Shown one piece after another: positions 1-8,111 of a DNA stretch of 64,000 bases (the first letter of the stretch is position 1; every line of letters starts with the position of its first letter). Where the stretch lies: positions 32,001-96,000 of the IMG/VR virus record IMGVR_UViG_3300033145_000192; one strand, 5' to 3'. The translations under genes were made by a program, and so were the position numbers. The stretch comes from a virus. The notes beneath the pieces were generated by a model that saw only the letters and a list, made by a program, of their open reading frames with translations, was not told where the DNA came from and made no database searches.

Positions 1-2
1 TA

Positions 3-425
3 AAGAACTTGGGCTACAAGACGCTCAGGTATCCTGGGCACTGGAATACTTTCAAGTTGCTTAAACAGCTTGGTGTGTTCTCTGTAAGCTCTCTCAGGCC
101 GATATTTGAGAGACAACTCAAGGCGATACTAGATAAGAAACTGCCGGATATGGTTGTGTTTGCGCTAAGAGCAGACGGTCATACCGATGGAAAATTCTGC
201 TACAGAGACTTCTACTTTAGGTTTGACCAGCCAAACGATGACACTACGGCAATGGCCGCAGCAACAGGCTGGTCGGCTTCGATTGTGGCCTTGATGATTG
301 GACGCGGACAGACTATAATTGAGTGTGGAGCGATTCCACAAGAGATTTGTGTGGACCCAGAGCTTTTTATTGAAGAGTATGCTGCAAGGGGAATCAACAT
401 AGAGGTAACAGACAATGACTCATAG
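3..425 (+). CDS. Saccharopine dehydrogenase / lysine 6-dehydrogenase family, C-terminal part (5'-partial)
   Basis: Frame is open to the window edge; motifs YKTLRYPGH and TAMAAATGWSASIVALMIGRG...G..PQE match the family C-terminus. Confidence 0.7.
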   Translation, partial: KNLGYKTLRYPGHWNTFKLLKQLGVFSVSSLRPIFERQLKAILDKKLPDMVVFALRADGHTDGKFCYRDFYFRFDQPNDDTTAMAAATGWSASIVALMIGRGQTIIECGAIPQEICVDPELFIEEYAARGINIEVTDNDS

Positions 426-696
426 AGGCGAACCTAACCCTGAAGATTTGGACCTGACGTGGCCACAGCGAATTGTGAAGTCGATGATGACAGGCAGTCT
501 GATGCTTGTCGGTGGCATTGTTCTGATTCTTCTATCGCCAATCTTTTCGATTAAAGCAGTGCTAACTGCAAAGAGAACTGATTGGGAAGCGACCAAGAAG
601 TGGCTTGATGATGCAACAAAGAAGATAGAGGATATGGGCAACCCAGATTCCGATGCGGACTGGAAGAAAGACCACGATGACCAGTATGGCCCATAA
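415..696 (+). CDS. Hypothetical membrane protein
   Basis: 93-aa ORF overlapping the upstream stop; one hydrophobic segment. Confidence 0.5.
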   Translation: MTHRGEPNPEDLDLTWPQRIVKSMMTGSLMLVGGIVLILLSPIFSIKAVLTAKRTDWEATKKWLDDATKKIEDMGNPDSDADWKKDHDDQYGP

Positions 697-845
697 CTGT
701 AGCTTTACCGTATACTTGAAAGAACCTGTCTATGTTGTGTTTGAGTGCTACATCTGTAAAGACGTAGAGATGTGCTACGAAGACATTACGATTGAGGATT
801 CTGAAACAGCGTATGAACTATTCAAATCAAGGCACGAACACTAAC

Positions 846-934
846 GGAAGGTATCCGGCTGGATGAGGAACTGGTTTTGAAAACCAGCAAAGCGGCGTCA
901 AACCGTTTTATGGGTTCGAGTCCCATACCTTCCT
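846..934 (+). tRNA. tRNA-Ser(TGA)
   Basis: ggaagg/ccttcc acceptor; ctggt-tttgaaa-accag anticodon arm; long variable arm; GGTTCGAGTCC. Confidence 0.9.
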
Positions 935-944
935 TCGATAACCC

Positions 945-1081
945 GTGTGAGCTAAGGTCCATCGTAAGATGGGGCGAGGTGTTCATTTGATGCCTGCTCC
1001 TGGCCAACCGTAAGTGCAAGATACGGCCAAGCCATGAAACAGGAGGGACATCGGGGAAGCAAAAGGTCAAACGGCTTACAC
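945..1081 (+). ncRNA. Candidate structured ncRNA between tRNA-Ser and tRNA-Ala
   Basis: 8-bp closing stem gtgtgagc/gcttacac; ccatc-GTAA-gatgg hairpin; long nested hairpin ggtgttc/ggacatc, ctcctg/caggag, ccgta/tacgg. Confidence 0.5.
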
Positions 1082-1086
1082 ATTTC

Positions 1087-1158
1087 GGGGGCTTAGTGAT
1101 AATGGGAGCACACTGCGCTTGCAACGCGGAAGTAGGGGTTCGATTCCCCTAGCCTCCA
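1087..1158 (+). tRNA. tRNA-Ala(TGC)
   Basis: Cloverleaf; loop ct-TGC-aa; GGTTCGATTCC. Confidence 0.9.
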
Positions 1159-1218
1159 ATGAGATGTCATCAATACTAGTTGGAAACATCTCTGATAATT
1201 AGTTCATGGCTAGTTATC

Positions 1219-1283
1219 GCTCGTTAGTTTAATAGAAAAACGCCAGGAACACTGGAGACCGTGGTGCAATTCCATGACGGGCC
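1219..1283 (+). tRNA. Atypical tRNA-like gene with shortened anticodon arm
   Basis: gctcgtt/gacgggc acceptor, D-arm, T-arm cgtgg-tgcaatt-ccatg; anticodon arm only ccag-gaaca-ctgg. Confidence 0.6.
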
Positions 1284-1301
1284 ATTAGATAAGGAGCTAT
1301 A

Positions 1302-1553
1302 GTGATTTACTTTGCAATCAAAGACGAAGACACTGGAAAGTATTTCAGATGGGGCGGATGGAGTAACATCTGGCGTGACCAGGCATACTCTAGTGACATA
1401 GACGAAGCACATCTCTATGCTACTGAGTGTGGTGCTCGCACACAGATTACCACCGCAAAAAACAAGGCTAAGAATCGGTCATGGATAGTGAATATCCCGA
1501 CCAACTTGAAAGTAGTGCCCATTGGGCAATACAGGATTGAAAATCCAAAATAG
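1302..1553 (+). CDS. Hypothetical phage protein
   Basis: 83-aa ORF with aaggag RBS, filling the gap between tRNAs. Confidence 0.6.
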   Translation: MIYFAIKDEDTGKYFRWGGWSNIWRDQAYSSDIDEAHLYATECGARTQITTAKNKAKNRSWIVNIPTNLKVVPIGQYRIENPK

Positions 1554-1625
1554 GCCCCCTTCGTTCAACGGACAGGACTACTGGCTTCTAACCAGTGAAT
1601 GAGGGTTCGATTCCTTCAGGGGGTA
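1554..1625 (+). tRNA. tRNA-Arg(TCT)
   Basis: actgg-cttctaa-ccagt; T-loop TTCGATT. Confidence 0.9.
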
Positions 1626-1642
1626 TTAAAGGAGTAAGGCGC

Positions 1643-1864
1643 ATGACTGCAAAAAAAAGAGATAGCACTGTTGAACTCACTGCGACATTTGAAGCATGGC
1701 AAATAGCAGAGGCACTAAAGGCATACTACAAGTTGCCCGAGGATGCAACTGTTGATTTCAGACTCAAGGACCAGCACGACAACGACCCTAGAGGTGGTAG
1801 TAGCTGGAAGGTGTTTGGAAATGCTGTGGTCAAGTTCAAGAAGAAACTGGGGGAAGTATTGTGA
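1643..1864 (+). CDS. Hypothetical protein
   Basis: aaggag RBS before ATG 1643; the longer ORF call overlaps a tRNA. Confidence 0.55.
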   Translation: MTAKKRDSTVELTATFEAWQIAEALKAYYKLPEDATVDFRLKDQHDNDPRGGSSWKVFGNAVVKFKKKLGEVL

Positions 1865-1929
1865 GTCTTGCTTCGGTGTTGGGGTTCATTATCCTAACAC
1901 TAATTGCAATATGGATTCTCAAAGTTATT

Positions 1930-2000
1930 GCCGAGTTCGTATAACGGAATTATGACTGTTTCGTAATCAGTAAACAGGGGTTCGACTCCCCTACTCGGCT
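1930..2000 (+). tRNA. tRNA-Thr(CGT)
   Basis: gccgagt/actcggc acceptor; loop tt-CGT-aa. Confidence 0.85.
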
Positions 2001-2066
2001 TCCAATCCATGGGCGGGTTTAGACATTCCACACAAAGATGTCCGAATAGGGTGACGAGGCCCTTAT

Positions 2067-2140
2067 GGTGGCGTAGCTCAATTTGGTAGAGTAGCGGCCT
2101 GTCGAGCCGAAGGTTGCGGGTTCGAGTCCCGTCGTCACCG
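2067..2140 (+). tRNA. tRNA-Asp(GTC)
   Basis: Canonical cloverleaf; loop ct-GTC-ga; G73. Confidence 0.9.
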
Positions 2141-2143
2141 TTT

Positions 2144-2218
2144 GGAGATGTAGAGAGGCAGCGGATGCCCTTCACCCTGTCACGGTGAGTTGCGCGGGTT
2201 CGAGTCCCGTCATCTCCG
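2144..2218 (+). tRNA. tRNA-Asp(GTC), second divergent copy
   Basis: ggagatg/catctcc; tcacc-ctgtcac-ggtga; unusual D-arm. Confidence 0.8.
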
Positions 2219-2302
2219 TATGAAGGTCTATTTGGGATTGGTAAGGATACCCTTGGTTCCCAATAACGAGGTATCACCTTCAGATTCTAAAGCGAGGTTG
2301 AA

Positions 2303-2488
2303 ATGAAACTATTAGCACTTTATGCGATATACAAGATTGCTTCTCGCACACATCCCAGGATTTATGTAAGAAGCACTCAGTATAACGAAGACCATGTTCC
2401 GTGGGCAAGACTTTGCGTGGATATGGCACCTTTCGCTGAAGACTTTGAAATAATACACGGTCCACCGGTATTCAAGGACCGTTCATAA
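2303..2488 (+). CDS. Hypothetical protein
   Basis: 61-aa ORF with gagg RBS between tRNAs. Confidence 0.45.
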   Translation: MKLLALYAIYKIASRTHPRIYVRSTQYNEDHVPWARLCVDMAPFAEDFEIIHGPPVFKDRS

Positions 2489-2492
2489 CATT

Positions 2493-2563
2493 GCCCCTCT
2501 AGTATAGTGGCATTATGCTGGTTTTGTAATCCAAGGACGTGGGTTCGATTCCCACGGGGGGCT
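2493..2563 (+). tRNA. tRNA-Thr(TGT)
   Basis: gcccctc/ggggggc; loop tt-TGT-aa. Confidence 0.85.
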
Positions 2564-2658
2564 TTGATGGAATCATTGCTGTGGTTTGTAGCTGTCGTTG
2601 TTTGGGTTGGCGGAACACTCAGTTGGTTCGAATGGAAATACAACAAAGGGCGTGAACA

Positions 2659-3012
2659 ATGCACGACTTTGAAATCTTCTACGACGCAGACTGTCCAGTC
2701 TGTAGACGAATCGCGGAGTGGGTAGAAAGAGTCGATACCAGAGGAGCGATTTGCCTCTCCGATATCAACGAAGAGGGCTACATGCTAGAACTTCTAGGTG
2801 TAGAGATGAGCGAGGCTTACAGAGTAGTTCATGCGTTGCGGCAAACTACCACGATAAACTACGTCGTCACTAAGGGTCCGAATGTGGCGAGGATTACCTT
2901 CGACATACTCGGATACCGAAGACTACATCGGTTCATCAGTATGCCGGTAGTCCGACACATATTTGACGCAGGGTTTAACTTTGTAAGCAGATACAGACGA
3001 TTTGGATGGTGA
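2659..3012 (+). CDS. DCC1-like (DUF393) thiol-disulfide oxidoreductase family protein
   Basis: N-terminal IFYDADCPVC (DxxCxxC) motif and C-terminal SRYRRF. Confidence 0.8.
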   Translation: MHDFEIFYDADCPVCRRIAEWVERVDTRGAICLSDINEEGYMLELLGVEMSEAYRVVHALRQTTTINYVVTKGPNVARITFDILGYRRLHRFISMPVVRHIFDAGFNFVSRYRRFGW

Positions 3013-3090
3013 AACGGACAGGGTGCCGTAGCGGTCTGCTAAACCGACTGGCCATATAAAGTGGTCGTGGTTCGAGTCCACCTCCATCCG
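3004..3090 (+). tRNA. tRNA-Ser(GCT)
   Basis: gcggt-ctGCTaa-accga; long variable arm; G73. Confidence 0.9.
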
Positions 3091-3107
3091 TGAAAGGAAT
3101 CCGCAAA

Positions 3108-3341
3108 ATGGACGCAAAGAAGATTGAGAATGCTGGTAACTATCTCGCACTATACGAAGAGTATACGGAAATCACTGAGGCAATTGCCGTAATGCTTGAT
3201 AAGCAAACTGATATCCACCAAAGACTCTGTGGTGCATCGAAAGAGTTTCTTGAACTAAACGATGAGGAACTTACCAGACTTCTTTTCTACTTTGATTCTA
3301 TTGCGCAGGACGCAAGGAGAGTGCTAGATGGCAACACTTAA
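3108..3341 (+). CDS. Hypothetical coiled-coil protein
   Basis: ORF from ATG 3108 after tRNA-Ser. Confidence 0.5.
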   Translation: MDAKKIENAGNYLALYEEYTEITEAIAVMLDKQTDIHQRLCGASKEFLELNDEELTRLLFYFDSIAQDARRVLDGNT

Positions 3342-3534
3342 CGTAACACATGACGGGCAATCTCAGGACATTTGTGAGCTTGACTATGCTACCTCCGATG
3401 AGGACGTAAGGAGAATAGCAGTTGAGGCACTCAGCTTGAGACCAAACATTTTCATCAACTTCGTCGTTGACAGGTTCAGCGTCGAACAAGGAGAGCGCAT
3501 CTATCTACGTCCAAAGGTTCCGTTCGGCTGCTAG
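3328..3534 (+). CDS. Small protein, possible ubiquitin-like/beta-grasp fold, ending RPKVPFGC
   Basis: 68 aa; LNVT..GQS, FVVDRF and C-terminal RPKxPFG pattern recalled from prokaryotic Ub-like proteins; not verified. Confidence 0.4.
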   Translation: MATLNVTHDGQSQDICELDYATSDEDVRRIAVEALSLRPNIFINFVVDRFSVEQGERIYLRPKVPFGC

Positions 3535-3551
3535 CAGCGGCGGGACCACTC

Positions 3552-3623
3552 GGGGCTATAGTGTAATGGATAACACGAGACGCTACGAACGTTTTAATCT
3601 AGGTTCGAATCCTAGTAGTCCTA
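3552..3623 (+). tRNA. tRNA-Arg(ACG)
   Basis: Cloverleaf; loop ct-ACG-aa. Confidence 0.9.
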
Positions 3624-3652
3624 TCAAGTATCTGGCCGACTAGTGCTCACAC

Positions 3653-3722
3653 GCAAACCACTCTTAATGGATAAGAATTTGGCTTAAAACCAAGCATAGC
3701 GGGTTCGATTCCCGCACCTTTA
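3653..3722 (+). pseudogene. tRNA-Leu(TAA)-like remnant with unpaired acceptor stem
   Basis: D-arm tctt..aaga, ttgg-ctTAAaa-ccaa and T-arm gcggg-ttcgatt-cccgc are intact; flanks do not pair. Confidence 0.55.
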
Positions 3723-3749
3723 TAGCATTATTCACTCGGATACTTACTT

Positions 3750-3821
3750 GGCCCTATCCTCCAACGGTTAGGAGACGAGGTTTTCACCCTCGCAATCGGG
3801 GTTCGATTCCCCGTAGGGTCA
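3750..3821 (+). tRNA. tRNA-Glu(TTC)
   Basis: cgagg-ttTTCac-cctcg. Confidence 0.9.
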
Positions 3822-3914
3822 TTACGCCTCCTGGTGTGCCAGGAACAAAGAGTATGCACACTGCTTACAATTTGCATTGACATCATCAAACATGGACTTG
3901 CAGGCGTAAAACTT

Positions 3915-3985
3915 GGGGCTATCGTTCAACGGTAGGACATTACTCTGATAAGGTAAAGATGAAAGTTCGATTCTTTCTAGCCCTA
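3915..3985 (+). tRNA. tRNA-Ile(GAT)
   Basis: ttact-ctGATaa-ggtaa. Confidence 0.85.
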
Positions 3986-4001
3986 TATTAAGGAGGCTTC
4001 A

Positions 4002-4223
4002 ATGCCAGATGCAGAACAGCAGAATCTTATCGTTGAGTTAAGATTGAAGCTGGCAACACCAAGAATATCAGCGGTATCGTTGGCCAACGGGATACGAAAA
4101 ATTATCCTGGCAAAGTGGCCAGAATGCCAAGTAGAACTCAAGGGAATTGCCATCAACTGGATAGCTGATGCAGATATTCAAGATGATAGTGATGAAGAAT
4201 GTGATTGTGACCACGGGGAGTAG
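4002..4223 (+). CDS. Hypothetical protein
   Basis: aaggagg RBS; 73 aa with acidic tail. Confidence 0.55.
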   Translation: MPDAEQQNLIVELRLKLATPRISAVSLANGIRKIILAKWPECQVELKGIAINWIADADIQDDSDEECDCDHGE

Positions 4224-4287
4224 CGCAGCCTGGTAGCGCACCTGGTTTGGGACCAGGGGGTCGCAGGTTCAAATCCTGTCTCCCCGA
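4214..4287 (+). tRNA. tRNA-Pro(TGG)
   Basis: Classic cggggagtagcgcagcctggtagcgca...ttTGGga. Confidence 0.95.
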
Positions 4288-4609
4288 TAGAAGGGTGGCG
4301 AATATGTTGAGTAATAGCGAACTGTTTTGGAAACACGTAGAATGCTGTAAGGTATGCAACCAGCACCCACAAAGCGTTGCAAGTTTCTTCTATGAGCCGA
4401 TGTGCAACATCGGGAAGGCGTATCACAAAGCAACAGAATTGCCAAATCAAGATGATAAAGATTCACAAAAAGACTTGGCGCAAGCAACAGTCGAAGTTGG
4501 ATAAGCTAAAGCGCATAGAGCGCCTAGTAGATAGGCACCTTTACAAAGGTGTTCCACTTAAAGACGCTATGCGTGAGATTGTGAATATCTTGTATGAACC
4601 GGACAAGTC

Positions 4610-5068
4610 CTAGTAGGTGTGATATCCAAGTGAGATGGTAAGCGTTCCGCCACCAACGGAGTCTGCAACCTTGGCTTGAACCTGTGTGCCACTAGCCATG
4701 AGCGGAGTTATGACTGGGATAGAGGCCAATACTTGTGCTGGTGGACCAGCTTCTTGCTGTGTTCTTAGTCTTGCAATTTCAACAGTTTCGGCATATAGGA
4801 CCAATTCATAGATACCATCTGCGGTAACACCTTCGACATTGACATAGTGAATATCAAAGATGTCACCCACTACGCCTGCCGGAATAATCTCTGTATAAAC
4901 TCCAAGAGTCCAAGCACTACCATTGGAAACAACTCCAGAGCCCGCACTCAAGGTAGGACATACCTTTGCGACACCATGAATGTGGTCGCTGATAATTTCT
5001 AGTTCTTCAGCATTTTCGGCTATGATGCTGTTAGCTTGGCCAGCTAGGGGATTTAGAGATGTAGACAT
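4610..5068 (-). CDS. Hypothetical beta-rich protein, probably virion-associated; inverted relative to the tRNA array
   Basis: 152 aa, G/V/T/A-rich; ggag RBS; preceded by the putative late-promoter motif at 5104-5119. Confidence 0.6.
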   Translation of the reverse strand: MSTSLNPLAGQANSIIAENAEELEIISDHIHGVAKVCPTLSAGSGVVSNGSAWTLGVYTEIIPAGVVGDIFDIHYVNVEGVTADGIYELVLYAETVEIARLRTQQEAGPPAQVLASIPVITPLMASGTQVQAKVADSVGGGTLTISLGYHTY

Positions 5069-5103
5069 GATTCAAACTCCTGTTTCAGATGGTCTGTTAC
5101 AGG

Positions 5104-5119
5104 TATTTATACACCGAAC
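5104..5119 (-). promoter_or_regulatory. Putative phage late promoter GTTCGGTGTATAAATA
   Basis: Identical 16-mer at 23087-23102; contains the T4-late-like TATAAATA core; 35 nt upstream of the 5068 start. Confidence 0.55.
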
Positions 5120-5134
5120 GCAGAAAGGAAAAAA

Positions 5135-5650
5135 ATGTCGAGCAATACATGGTTTACGTCTGATACTCACTTCGGACACGCGAACATTGTTCGCTATTGC
5201 AATCGACCTTTTGCAAATGTTCGAGAAATGGACGAGGCACTCATTTCCAATTGGAATGAATGCGTTAAACCAAAAGACACGATATATCACCTAGGAGACT
5301 TTGCTTTTCGTGGAGACCCATCGCCTATATTCAGGCGACTCAACGGAGAGAAGTTTCTACTACTAGGAAACCATGATGTTCGTAAAGTAGTCAACAAGCT
5401 ATTTGGCTGGGTAAAGAGCACATACAAATTGCGCTACAATAACCAGCGGATTTGGCTTAGTCACTACGCCCATCTAAGGTGGCCGAATAGCCACCACGGT
5501 TCGTTCCACCTATACGGTCATTCACACGGCCAGCTAGAGGGAATGGGACGTAGCATGGATGTGGGAGTCGATGTCTGGAATTACAGACCAGTGCATATCG
5601 ACGTTGTTCTCGGAACTTTGAAGGGTCTAGACGCAACAGAGCATCATTAA
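5135..5650 (+). CDS. Calcineurin-like metallophosphoesterase
   Basis: FTSDTHFGH, YHLGDF, LLGNHD, LSHY, HLYGHSH, DVGVD motifs. Confidence 0.9.
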   Translation: MSSNTWFTSDTHFGHANIVRYCNRPFANVREMDEALISNWNECVKPKDTIYHLGDFAFRGDPSPIFRRLNGEKFLLLGNHDVRKVVNKLFGWVKSTYKLRYNNQRIWLSHYAHLRWPNSHHGSFHLYGHSHGQLEGMGRSMDVGVDVWNYRPVHIDVVLGTLKGLDATEHH

Positions 5651-5665
5651 GGGTGCTCAAACCAT

Positions 5666-5736
5666 GGGTCTGTAGTGTTGGGGAACACCTCTGGCTTTTA
5701 ACCAGATACAAGCAGGTTCGACTCCTGTCAGGCCCA
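5666..5736 (+). tRNA. tRNA-Lys(TTT)
   Basis: tctgg-ctTTTaa-ccaga. Confidence 0.9.
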
Positions 5737-5764
5737 TTGACTTCCCGAGAAGTCGCCCTATAAT
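5737..5764 (+). promoter_or_regulatory. Sigma70-like promoter TTGACT-N16-TATAAT
   Basis: Near-consensus -35/-10; 24/28-identical copy at 16012-16039. Confidence 0.7.
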
Positions 5765-5769
5765 TTACA

Positions 5770-5814
5770 CAACAGCCTTGTTGCGCAACAACTTTGTTGT
5801 CAACAGATTTGTTG
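5770..5814. repeat. Three tandem palindromes CAACA-N4-TGTTG (operator-like)
   Basis: 5770-5783, 5786-5799, 5801-5814; begin 5 nt after the -10 box. Confidence 0.75.
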
Positions 5815-5819
5815 AATAG

Positions 5820-5892
5820 GGGTCCGTAGCAAAATTGGATTGCCCCCGGCTCTTAACCGGAACAAAAGCGGGTTCGAATCCCGCCGGGCCCA
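5820..5892 (+). tRNA. tRNA-Lys(CTT)
   Basis: gggtccg/cgggccc; loop ct-CTT-aa. Confidence 0.9.
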
Positions 5893-5915
5893 TAACCTGT
5901 AACTAAGGAGATGTC

Positions 5916-6164
5916 ATGAAGGAAACTGAAACTAAGGTTGACTGGAAGATTCTGGCTACTATCATCGCTGTTGTGGTCGCTGTGTGTTTCACAGTTGGTT
6001 CAGTCTGTATTGACAACAATGTTCGCCAAGAGCGAGTTGAGTCGATTAGGGTTGAGAAGCAGCACGAGATTGAGGTAACTAGGCAGAAGCTCATTGAGTT
6101 TGACAAGTCTCGCAAGCGTAAGATTTGGGAACGAGAAATGTCCCCGAAGGATGGCGGTAAATGA
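5916..6164 (+). CDS. Hypothetical membrane-anchored protein
   Basis: aaggag RBS; N-terminal hydrophobic helix then charged coiled coil. Confidence 0.6.
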   Translation: MKETETKVDWKILATIIAVVVAVCFTVGSVCIDNNVRQERVESIRVEKQHEIEVTRQKLIEFDKSRKRKIWEREMSPKDGGK

Positions 6165-6676
6165 GGGATAAGAACTATCCCGTCGAAATTCCATCCTTGC
6201 CTCATATGCGTGTCGATATTAGTCCATATGGAGGTGACGTGTTGCTCATAGTGGAAAGAGGTATTCCGTGTGAATCCCATGCGGAAGTATTCTCTGCCCA
6301 TGTGACCAACTGTCCCGACCTTGAGGACATTAGAGATGCACTGAAGGGGCTGGACGCGAGCATCAAGGCCAGCTATGATAGCTTCATTGCATTAGTCAAC
6401 TCAATCCCAAAACGAGTAAGGTTCAACGAAAGAAAGTTGAGATTCAAGAATTGGGACGTTGTCAATAGAATTGGAGAAGCATACTTCAAGGAACTCGTGA
6501 TGGTCATTGCTATGGAGGGCGAGGACATCGGGATACAGAAGCATGAAGCACACATAAGGGAGATACTAGACCCAGCGGTTGAACATACCCACGACATACG
6601 AGACGCCTGCTATGGATGCGGCTCTGCTGGACGCTGTGGGACTTGTTGCCCTGAGTGTAACCCTCCAAAAGATTGA
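6161..6676 (+). CDS. Hypothetical protein with C-terminal Cys cluster
   Basis: 171 aa; ends CYGCGSAGRCGTCCPEC. Confidence 0.6.
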   Translation: MRDKNYPVEIPSLPHMRVDISPYGGDVLLIVERGIPCESHAEVFSAHVTNCPDLEDIRDALKGLDASIKASYDSFIALVNSIPKRVRFNERKLRFKNWDVVNRIGEAYFKELVMVIAMEGEDIGIQKHEAHIREILDPAVEHTHDIRDACYGCGSAGRCGTCCPECNPPKD

Positions 6677-6746
6677 GTCGCGTAGTGTAAGGGTAGCACG
6701 TCAGTTCGACATACTGATATTGAGAGTTCGAATCTCTCCGTGACTA
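6676..6746 (+). tRNA. tRNA-Val(GAC), C at position 33
   Basis: tcagt-tcGACat-actga; acceptor agtcgcg/cgtgact. Confidence 0.8.
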
Positions 6747-6862
6747 AAACATATTGCCAGGGCCCATAGAGGCATCCGCCAAATGACCGTGCGGAAGTGA
6801 GTGCAAGTTTCACAATATGTTAGGGTGAGCCGTTCCACCGAGGTTCAGTTCACCCGGCGCTT

Positions 6863-6949
6863 GGGCGCGTAGCTCAGTCAGGTCAGAGCACTTGTCTTAC
6901 ACACAAGGGGCCGAATAGGTTTACGCAGGTTCAAATCCTGCCGTGCCCA
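6863..6949 (+). tRNA. tRNA-Val(TAC) with 17-nt variable region
   Basis: cttgt-ctTACac-acaag followed by gggccgaataggtttac. Confidence 0.8.
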
Positions 6950-6956
6950 TAGGAGT

Positions 6957-7970
6957 TTGCGAATGCATATGCGGGAATGTTTGACGTTCGACGATGTATC
7001 ACTTCAACCTCAGTATTCTGAGATATCTTCTAGAGAAGATGTTGTGTTGCATTGCGGCGAGGAACTCAAAAGGTTCTTAAATGTGCCGATTCTTTCGGCA
7101 AACATGAAAAGCATTACCGGCGTAAGTATGTGCCACGCTATGCAGAAGTCTGGTGGCGTGGGAGTTTTACACAGGTTCCATAAGAATGAACACTTCCTGC
7201 GCTCAGACTTGTCTGTTCTAGCAGATACCGGATGTTTCTTTATTCCATCTATCGGAGTGAATGAAACTGAGCTTTGGAAGCTAGAACACTATGCTCAGGC
7301 GGGTTGCAAAGCAATTTGCATTGACGTTGCTCACGGACACCACAAGAAGGTGTGCGAAATGATTCTCAGTGCCAGGCAGGCGATGCCTGAAGCGGTAATA
7401 ATAGCTGGGAATGTCGCCACAAAGGGAGCTACGAGACTTTTGTGTATTGCTGGGGCTGATATCATAAAGGTAGGTATCGGGCCTGGCAGTCATTGCACGA
7501 CTAGAATTGTAACTGGCCACGGGATACCGCAACTAACTGCAATCCTCGACTGTTCGCTAGAAGCGTCCTATCACGAGAAATGCACCATAGCTGATGGAGG
7601 GCTTAGAAATTCAGGAGATATGGCAAAGGCCCTAGCGGCTGGAGCTAGATACCTAATGGTTGGACGCCTGCTTGCGCCAGCTACGGAATCAAATGCAAAG
7701 CTGGTTTACAGAAACGGACGGGCATTTAAGGTCTACATGGGCAGTGCTTCGCATGAAGCGAGAAAGCGAAGTAAATACATAGAGGGTGTCCACTCAGAGG
7801 TTCCATACAACGGTCAGTCTGTTAGCGACATCATTGATGAGCTTTCCGCTGGCTTGAGAAGCTCACTCAGCTACAGTGGCACGCAGAACCTTGAAGAATT
7901 TAGGAAGCATAGAATCTTTGTTAGAATCACTCACAACAGCTACATAGAAGGAACACCACATGGACTCTGA
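6957..7970 (+). CDS. guaB: IMP dehydrogenase / GMP reductase family, no CBS domains
   Basis: LTFDDV, PILSANM, IDVAHGH, IAGNVAT, KVGIGPGSHCTTR, IADGG, YMGSAS, GLRSSLSYSG. Confidence 0.85.
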   Translation: MRMHMRECLTFDDVSLQPQYSEISSREDVVLHCGEELKRFLNVPILSANMKSITGVSMCHAMQKSGGVGVLHRFHKNEHFLRSDLSVLADTGCFFIPSIGVNETELWKLEHYAQAGCKAICIDVAHGHHKKVCEMILSARQAMPEAVIIAGNVATKGATRLLCIAGADIIKVGIGPGSHCTTRIVTGHGIPQLTAILDCSLEASYHEKCTIADGGLRNSGDMAKALAAGARYLMVGRLLAPATESNAKLVYRNGRAFKVYMGSASHEARKRSKYIEGVHSEVPYNGQSVSDIIDELSAGLRSSLSYSGTQNLEEFRKHRIFVRITHNSYIEGTPHGL

Positions 7971-8111
7971 CATTGAAGTGAACCTGACTATGGACAATGA
8001 AGGAAACCTTGTAGTTGAGTTCGATGGAGAAGTTGCAGCAAAGTGGTCTAAGAAAGACATGCAGCTTGTCTGGGTAAATCCAGCTTACATGGGTAACTGG
8101 AGAGAAGCGAA

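Noticed and set aside
945-1081. RNase P RNA, twister ribozyme or SAM-I riboswitch
   Set aside because: Too short and lacks P2/P3 for RNase P; no UAA cleavage loop or GC pseudoknot for twister; SAM-I-like words are in the wrong order. Kept only as an unassigned ncRNA
5770-5814. Tandem repeats as a mini-CRISPR array
   Set aside because: Units are 14 bp with 1-2-nt gaps, there are no spacers, and no cas operon is present; the Cas4-like nuclease at 62 kb sits in a replication context
6751-6860. Additional tRNA after Val(GAC)
   Set aside because: Only a T-like hairpin (gtgag-tgcaagt-ttcac) and one other stem; no D-arm or 7-bp acceptor, too weak to call
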